Shown one piece after another: positions 48,378 through 54,253 of a stretch of 54,253 nt of DNA. The translations under genes and the position numbers were made by a program. Source of the DNA: an uncultured Bifidobacteriaceae bacterium (GTDB lineage: Bacteria; Bacteroidota; Bacteroidia; Cytophagales; UBA9547); NCBI GenBank assembly GCA_964565665.1, contig CAZMFZ010000005.1, positions 1 to 54,253 of the forward strand. Direction: 5' to 3'. Position 1 is the first letter of the stretch, and the number at the start of each line of letters is the position of its first letter. Below the pieces are notes generated by a model, which was given only the letters and a program-made list of their open reading frames with translations, was not told where the DNA came from and searched no databases.

Positions 48378-49349
48378 TTGAAAATCTTGATTATTCGTTT
48401 TTCTGCTATTGGCGATATAGCTTGGACCTCTCCCGTAATAAGGTGTTGCAAACAGCAGTTGCCCAATGCAGAAATACACTTTTGCACCAAAGCAAAATTT
48501 GGTGTGCTTGTTGAAAATAACCCATACTTAGACAAAGTTCATTATCTAAATGACTCTTTAGTTGAATTGTTGGGTGAATTGAAGTCTGAAAATTTCGATT
48601 ATGTAATTGACTTACACAGCAAAATTCGCTCGAAAATCATTGCTTTCTACTTGGGAAAAAAAACTTATACCTATAATAAACTCAGCTTCCAGCGATTTTT
48701 ATTTACCAAATTCCAAATCAACTTCATGGCTGGCAAAAAGCATGTAGCAGAAAGGTATTTAGATACGGTAAAAAAAATAGGTGTAGTAAATGACTACAAA
48801 GGTCTTGATTTTTTTATAGCAGCCGAAAATGAACTATCTATTGAAAATTTCCCCGAAGTTTATAAAAATGGCTATGCAAGCTTTGTAATTGGGGCAAGCC
48901 AACCTACCAAAAAACTGCCCTTAGAGAAAATGGCCGAATTGTGCTTTAAAATCAAATTGCCAATCATGTTGCTTGGTGGAAAAGAAGATTTTGAACTTGG
49001 AGAGCAATTAATAAGCTATTTAGATAATTTTATATCTCAAATAGAAAAAAAGCCACAGCTACTGAATGTATGTGGCAAATATAATTTGGGGCAATCGGCA
49101 TCTATTGTGAAGCAATCGGATTTGGTATATGGGCACGACACTGGGCTTACTCATATTGCAGCAGCCTTTGGCAAGAAAATATATTCGATTTGGGGCCCAA
49201 CTTCTCCTATCAGTTTTGCCCCTTATATGGCTGATAATGTGCTCATTGAAAACAATAATTTAACCTGCCGCCCATGCTCAAAATCGGGGCTTAAACAATG
49301 TCCGAAAGGGCATTTTAAATGTTTGAAGGAAGTAGAATTTAATTTTTAA
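48378..49349 (+). CDS. Glycosyltransferase family 9 (heptosyltransferase-like)
   Basis: MKILIIRFSAIGD (TTG start) and GHDTGLTHIAAAFG motifs. Confidence 0.8.
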   Translation: MKILIIRFSAIGDIAWTSPVIRCCKQQLPNAEIHFCTKAKFGVLVENNPYLDKVHYLNDSLVELLGELKSENFDYVIDLHSKIRSKIIAFYLGKKTYTYNKLSFQRFLFTKFQINFMAGKKHVAERYLDTVKKIGVVNDYKGLDFFIAAENELSIENFPEVYKNGYASFVIGASQPTKKLPLEKMAELCFKIKLPIMLLGGKEDFELGEQLISYLDNFISQIEKKPQLLNVCGKYNLGQSASIVKQSDLVYGHDTGLTHIAAAFGKKIYSIWGPTSPISFAPYMADNVLIENNNLTCRPCSKSGLKQCPKGHFKCLKEVEFNF

Positions 49350-49365
49350 TAGTTTGAACAATGAA

Positions 49366-50148
49366 TTAAAGTAGCTTTTTTACTGCCTCATGCTCTTTTT
49401 CAAACCATTTTCCCTCTTTTGAGCCAAGCTCTTTCCATTTTTGCTCTATGTCTTCCACTCGATTTTCAGATGCGGGATGTGTACTCAAAAACTCCGGAAT
49501 ATAGCTGGATTTTTGTTTGGCAACCAGTTTTTTGAAAAAGCCACCTACTGCCCTAGGGTCGTATTCGGTAGCGTAAAGATAGGAAACTGCACATTCATCA
49601 GCTTGCTTTTCATCGGCTCTACTAAAAGTAAGCCCTAGTAATTGCCTACCGATTTCTACCAAAAAACTCATATCACCACCTGTAGCTATTCCAATAATGG
49701 CACTTATACCATATTGCGATACCATTCGCATGGTGCTGTGTCGGTTGTCGGCATGGGCAATTTCGTGAGCAAGTACTCCAGCCAATTCGGCTTCATTGTC
49801 TAAAAACTTAATAATGCCGGTATACACATATATATAACCTCCAGCCACACAAAATGCATTTAGTACGCTGTCGTTCTCAACAATGTGTAGCTGCCAAGGA
49901 AAATCTTGCTTATACTTTATCTTATCAGATTTAAGAATATTTGTCTTGATTTTCTCTAGGTATTGGTATGCTGGCAGGTTTGTTTTTTTGTCTAAAATTT
50001 TACCTTCCATGGGGTTGTATTGCATCTGTTTGGCGAATTGCTCACCAATTAGTTTATCGACATCAATAGGAATAAACTCATTTATCTTGGAACAAGAAGA
50101 AAATAAAAGCAAGAAAATGAGGGCAAGAAGAGTATTAATTATTTTCAA
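49366..50148 (-). CDS. M48 family metallopeptidase (lipoprotein)
   Basis: HEIAHADNRH zinc motif, lipobox LFSSCS, downstream E in ADEKQADE. Confidence 0.85.
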   Translation of the reverse strand: MKIINTLLALIFLLLFSSCSKINEFIPIDVDKLIGEQFAKQMQYNPMEGKILDKKTNLPAYQYLEKIKTNILKSDKIKYKQDFPWQLHIVENDSVLNAFCVAGGYIYVYTGIIKFLDNEAELAGVLAHEIAHADNRHSTMRMVSQYGISAIIGIATGGDMSFLVEIGRQLLGLTFSRADEKQADECAVSYLYATEYDPRAVGGFFKKLVAKQKSSYIPEFLSTHPASENRVEDIEQKWKELGSKEGKWFEKEHEAVKKLL

Positions 50149-50170
50149 AATTTAATGAAATATTAAAATG

Positions 50171-50207
50171 AAAACGGCTTCCGGAATTTAAATCCGAAAG
50201 CCGTTTT
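50171..50207 (-). terminator. Rho-independent terminator after the SOD gene
   Basis: Minus strand reads AAAACGGCTTTCGGA-tttaaatt-CCGGAAGCCGTTTTCATTTT (one mismatch), starting 4 nt after the stop. Confidence 0.7.
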
Positions 50208-50210
50208 GAA

Positions 50211-50816
50211 TTATTTAGCTGCTTTGTAGAGTTCAGCTGCTTTTGCCCAATTTACCACATTCCAAAAGGCTGCAATATAATCGGGGCGTTTGTTTTGGTA
50301 TTTCAAATAATAAGCATGTTCCCACACATCAAGACCTACAATTGGTGTGCCTTTTACTTCGGCAATATCCATGATTGGAGAATCTTGATTAGGCGTAGAA
50401 GTGATTGCCAATTCACCTTCCTTTACAATTAACCAAGCCCAACCTGAGCCAAATCGACTTGTTGCAGCTTTAGCAAACTCTTCTTTGAAGGTATCAAAAC
50501 TGCCGAATTTTTTGTCGATTGCTGCAGCCAAATCACCTGTTGGTTTTCCGCCTGCGTTTGGAGCAATTATTGTCCAAAAAAAAGAGTGATTGTAATGTCC
50601 ACCGCCATTGTTGCGAACTGGAGCCGGGTATTTGCTTATATTTTTTACTATTTCTTCTATAGACAAACTCTCTTCTGGCTTCCCAGCTAGGGCTGCATTG
50701 AGGTTTGTTACATACGCATTGTGGTGGCGATCATGGTGAATTTCCATGGTCAATTTGTCGAAATGTGGTTCCAATGCATCGTTTGCATAAGGAAGAGCGG
50801 GAAGTGTGAAAGCCAT
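50211..50816 (-). CDS. Fe/Mn superoxide dismutase
   Basis: LPYA.DALEPH.D..TMEIHH.RHH and D.WEHAYYL..QN.R motifs. Confidence 0.95.
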   Translation of the reverse strand: MAFTLPALPYANDALEPHFDKLTMEIHHDRHHNAYVTNLNAALAGKPEESLSIEEIVKNISKYPAPVRNNGGGHYNHSFFWTIIAPNAGGKPTGDLAAAIDKKFGSFDTFKEEFAKAATSRFGSGWAWLIVKEGELAITSTPNQDSPIMDIAEVKGTPIVGLDVWEHAYYLKYQNKRPDYIAAFWNVVNWAKAAELYKAAK

Positions 50817-50915
50817 TTTTTTTAAGTTTAGATATTTATAAATTGAATTTAACTGGAGTTGCTAATTTACAACCTAGTTTCGAACATTAAAATTTAAAAA
50901 ATAATTTCATTAGTT

Positions 50916-51890
50916 TCATATCCTTATCGTCTTTATCGTAATCAACACATCTAGCACTATAAATATAAGTGCAACGAATAGAAAATAGAAGTATTTGTTG
51001 GCTGACGCGTCTACCGTTTTCACATCGCGAAGCTCGCCTTCAATTTTATTAATGTCGTTTATTAGCTTGGCTACATCGTATCGTTTGTCGCTTATTTCAT
51101 AGTATTTGCCATCTGTTACTGAAGCCAACTTTCTTAAAGCTTTTATATTTAATTTGCTAATTACTGTTTTGCCATATTCATCGCGTTTGTAGCCCGACTC
51201 GAAAGGTACTTTTCCGCCTTCTTCTGTGCCTATTCCCAAAGTAAAAAGTTTAATTGCTGAGCCATCCAGATCGTCTGCCAATTCTTCAGTTTCTTCACCA
51301 AAATCTTCGCCATCGCTTATCAGTACTACAACTCTAGATTTGGAATTGGCACTTTTCTCATCAGTAGCATTTTTAAATCGTTTGATTGCCATTTCTAAGG
51401 GCGGGGCAAAATCTGTTCCGGCCGAAGGCACTAGGTTTGTGCTAAGTGTTTCAATAAATAGATTTAAGGCATTTTGATCAAAAGTAAGAGGGCATTGCAC
51501 AAAGGCTTCAGAGGAAAAAATAATAATGCCAATTCTATCGGAATTGAAGGCATCGGCAATTTTTTTGAGCTCAAATTTCACCTTTTCCAACCGTGATGGT
51601 TGCACATCTCTCACATTCATAGAGTTTGACAAATCGACCAAAAAATATATGTCTTTCCCTATACTCTGAATTTCCTTTTTTACATCACCAAAGCTAGGGG
51701 CTAGCAAGGATATAACAATTAAGGCAAAATAAATTGTGCGGATAATTAACTTGATAAATACAGACCTGAAATTGGTTTTGAGCAATATGGCTATCCACGA
51801 AACCCTAACTATATAAAAAAAGTAAAGCAACCCAGCAATTGCTATCAAAATTATTTCTAACAAGCCTGGTATTTTTTGAAAAGTCATCAT
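50916..51890 (-). CDS. VWA domain membrane protein (BatA-like)
   Basis: N-terminal TM helices, MIDAS DLSNSM, vWA fold, C-terminal TM helix. Confidence 0.8.
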   Translation of the reverse strand: MMTFQKIPGLLEIILIAIAGLLYFFYIVRVSWIAILLKTNFRSVFIKLIIRTIYFALIVISLLAPSFGDVKKEIQSIGKDIYFLVDLSNSMNVRDVQPSRLEKVKFELKKIADAFNSDRIGIIIFSSEAFVQCPLTFDQNALNLFIETLSTNLVPSAGTDFAPPLEMAIKRFKNATDEKSANSKSRVVVLISDGEDFGEETEELADDLDGSAIKLFTLGIGTEEGGKVPFESGYKRDEYGKTVISKLNIKALRKLASVTDGKYYEISDKRYDVAKLINDINKIEGELRDVKTVDASANKYFYFLFVALIFIVLDVLITIKTIRI

Positions 51891-51994
51891 AAGAAATTAT
51901 ATGCTGATAATTTTAGATTTGCAAAATTAAGCAGTGCAAATCAAAATCTATGAATACAACACAGCACAATTAATGAAAAACTTTCAGAAATAAA

Positions 51995-53482
51995 TTAATC
52001 TACATTATCGTGAAGAAACTTGTTGTTGCCTAATATCTCGTTGTCTTCATTGAGGCTGAAACGTGAGATATTTTTTTCTGAAGAATGTGGGGCTTCGTAA
52101 ATTTGTTTTTTCCTCCTAATGAACGCAGGAGTTTCATTCATTTCCTTATATTCCTCAGGATTCATGGCCGAAAAAGTAGTGCGTTCTGAAATCAGATAAG
52201 ATCGTGAGGTATAATTTTCCTCTTGTTTTTTTCTTTTTTCTGCATTCAAATCTTGGTAATCAGATAATGAAGAGCCACTTGTTTTGGGCGAATCGAATAG
52301 ATAAGGATGTTTGGTATCTACCTGCCTTGTGCCATCAATATCTAAAAACACGCTTTCTGTATTTGCTGGATTTTTAAATACACCATTTGAAGATTCTACA
52401 ATTTTGGGTTCTTCTTCTTGAATGGGTTTGTAGCTGCTAGGGCGATTTTTTGCAGCAGGAGCATCTGAGAAAATACTAGTTTGCCTATTAGAATTTAGGT
52501 CGATAACTGTGCGGGTTGCCAATTTATTTAATTCCATATCGGTAAAACCTGTGGCAATTACAGTTACGGATATTTGGTCGCCAAAGTCTTTTACCAAGCG
52601 TACGCCTGGTTTCAAAAAGGCGTCCCCTGCTTTTTCCTGAAAATAATTATTTATGATGGCAAACTCTTCCATCTCAAACATATCTTCATCAGCTGTTACT
52701 GATACTAATATTTTAGTTGCACCTAAAATATCAGTATTGTTCAATAAAGGTGAATGCAAGGCCAAATCGGCAGCTCTCTCTGCTTTTCCTTCTCCAGAAG
52801 CCATACCGAAACCCATTAAAGCCGTTCCGGCTTCTTTGAGTACCGTATTCACATCTTCCAAATCGATATTTATAAATCCAGAATCGCCAATTATCTCAGC
52901 AATACTTTTTGCTCCTTGCAACAATATTTTATCAGCTTGCGAAAATGCCTCTTTAAATGACATTTTAGGGAAAATTTCGTAGAGCCTGTCGTTGATAACT
53001 TCAAGCACTGCATCGCAATTGCTTCTTAATTCTTCAATACCATCAATGGCAATTTTTTTCTTAAAATTTCCTTCGAATGTAAATGGCATAGTTACAATTC
53101 CCACGGTGAGAATGTCCATTTCTTTGGCTATCCGGGCAATAACAGGTGCTGCTCCCGTACCCGTGCCACCGCCCATTCCAGCAGTAATGAAAAGCATTTT
53201 TGTACCTTCCAATACTTCTCTAATTTTTTCTTTATCGTCCATGGCAAACTGACGAGCCTTTTCAGGCTTGCTGCCAGCACCCAAGCCCACATTTCCTAAA
53301 GAAAATTTATTGGGTACTTCACTCGCTTTCAAGGCTTGTGCATCGGTATTGCACACTATGAATTCTACGCCCACAATTCCTTGGCGATACATATAGCTAA
53401 CGGCATTGCCACCGCCACCGCCAACACCAATCACTTTTATAATTGACTTGCTTATATTGGGGATTTCAAATTTATAGTCCAT
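51995..53482 (-). CDS. ftsZ: Cell division protein FtsZ
   Basis: GVGGGGGNAV and GGGTGTGAAPV tubulin signature, with a long disordered C-terminal linker. Confidence 0.97.
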   Translation of the reverse strand: MDYKFEIPNISKSIIKVIGVGGGGGNAVSYMYRQGIVGVEFIVCNTDAQALKASEVPNKFSLGNVGLGAGSKPEKARQFAMDDKEKIREVLEGTKMLFITAGMGGGTGTGAAPVIARIAKEMDILTVGIVTMPFTFEGNFKKKIAIDGIEELRSNCDAVLEVINDRLYEIFPKMSFKEAFSQADKILLQGAKSIAEIIGDSGFINIDLEDVNTVLKEAGTALMGFGMASGEGKAERAADLALHSPLLNNTDILGATKILVSVTADEDMFEMEEFAIINNYFQEKAGDAFLKPGVRLVKDFGDQISVTVIATGFTDMELNKLATRTVIDLNSNRQTSIFSDAPAAKNRPSSYKPIQEEEPKIVESSNGVFKNPANTESVFLDIDGTRQVDTKHPYLFDSPKTSGSSLSDYQDLNAEKRKKQEENYTSRSYLISERTTFSAMNPEEYKEMNETPAFIRRKKQIYEAPHSSEKNISRFSLNEDNEILGNNKFLHDNVD

Positions 53483-53542
53483 AGCTAATTTACCTTAGTC
53501 AAAAATACTATGGATTATATACAAGTTTTCCACATCACCATT

Positions 53543-54253
53543 CTAATAATCGGTTTTGTCATCAAAATCGTCCATCAACAAATTTTTTGTTTTATCGAGG
53601 ATGTTTTTAAATAGGCTTGAACCGGAAATAGACTCTTTTTTTGGTGCTTTGGTCATAATTTGCTGCGGAGCGCCTTTTTTATTCTTCAGTTCCTGATATC
53701 TATTTTCACGCTGGTCGAGGGCTTGAAATCCGGCTAAAACCAAACCTATAGAGGTGGCATACATCGGGCTTTTGATTTCATCATTTTTAGATTTTCCCAA
53801 ATGTTCATTGGGGTGCCCAACTCTGGCATATTTTCCTGTTTTATACTCGAATAAATGTTGCAAATGTTTAAGCATAGCCCCTCCGCCTGTTACTACAATG
53901 CCACCAGATAAGTGCTTGTGAAATCCGGATGTAATAAGCTCAGCAAGCACCAACTCCACAATTTCCTCCATTCTCGACTCAATGATTTGAGCCAAAGTTT
54001 TCACACTTATTTCTCTTGCCTCTCGGTTTCTCAAAGCGGGTATAGTCACGATTTCATTTGCTTTCATTTCATCAGAGAGTGCCGAACCGAATTTTACCTT
54101 GAGTTTTTCGGCTTCCTGATGCAGCAAGTTTAAGCCCATTTTTATGTCTTTGGTAATGATATTTCCCCCCAGCGGTATTACTGCTGTATGGCGGATGATA
54201 TTTTCATAAAAAATGGCCACATCGGTAGTGCCTCCGCCAATATCTACCAAGGC
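53543..54253 (-). CDS. ftsA: Cell division protein FtsA, 3' part (gene continues past the right edge)
   Basis: DIGGGTTDVAIF, VVTGGGA and a C-terminal amphipathic tail. Directly upstream of ftsZ. Confidence 0.9.
   Translation of the reverse strand, partial: ALVDIGGGTTDVAIFYENIIRHTAVIPLGGNIITKDIKMGLNLLHQEAEKLKVKFGSALSDEMKANEIVTIPALRNREAREISVKTLAQIIESRMEEIVELVLAELITSGFHKHLSGGIVVTGGGAMLKHLQHLFEYKTGKYARVGHPNEHLGKSKNDEIKSPMYATSIGLVLAGFQALDQRENRYQELKNKKGAPQQIMTKAPKKESISGSSLFKNILDKTKNLLMDDFDDKTDY

Noticed and set aside
1-54253. tRNA, rRNA, CRISPR arrays, transposases, integrases.
   Set aside because: I saw no cloverleaf-compatible sequences, rRNA-like conserved blocks, regularly spaced direct repeats or transposase/integrase-like ORFs. 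Eye-scanning can miss small RNAs, so tRNAscan-SE or Infernal would be the proper check.

Overview
AT-rich chromosomal segment that looks like Bacteroidota. The evidence is DUF4292 and DUF4270 genes, the glycogen synthase - DUF4270 - glmS arrangement, a CarboxypepD_reg-type TonB-dependent receptor, and a TTG-N19-TAnnTTTG promoter. Most of the window is housekeeping:
- a tetR-tolC-MFP-RND efflux operon
- scattered NADH dehydrogenase genes (nuoD, nuoC, nuoK)
- a MATE pump, bactofilin and dsbD
- ribBA, purQ, purC, corA
- two GT9 glycosyltransferases
- pstAB, cysM, cysE, msrB, glmS, a Fe/Mn SOD, ftsZ and the 3' part of ftsA

The stand-out region is 15.5-25.3 kb. It holds eleven co-directional, tightly spaced minus-strand genes running from an outer-membrane receptor to cytoplasmic metallochaperones:
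- a small secreted His/Cys protein, a TonB-dependent receptor and a lipoprotein
- a lipoprotein with an HxxMxxxH heptad pattern
- a ZigA/ZagA-like COG0523 GTPase and a lone CobW_C domain
- a ZIP permease and a thioredoxin-like 2Fe-2S ferredoxin
- a small Cys protein
- a second COG0523 with an inserted domain, followed by a cytoplasmic WD40 propeller

A candidate promoter with a doubled GTTGCAAC palindrome over the -33 element heads the cluster. I do not recognise this combination as a described system.

Other notable points:
- a 7-copy C5/G5 mini-hairpin repeat family, including a MITE-like inverted pair inside the efflux operon
- an (AGTAATG)n tandem repeat
- several decayed genes: an ABC-type/AAA ATPase, a GH3 remnant and broken frames at 27.5-28.1 kb
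- several broken canonical operon orders (nuo, atpZ, pst)

I saw no rRNA, tRNA, CRISPR array or transposase. Coordinates of small elements indexed by hand may be off by 1-2 nt.
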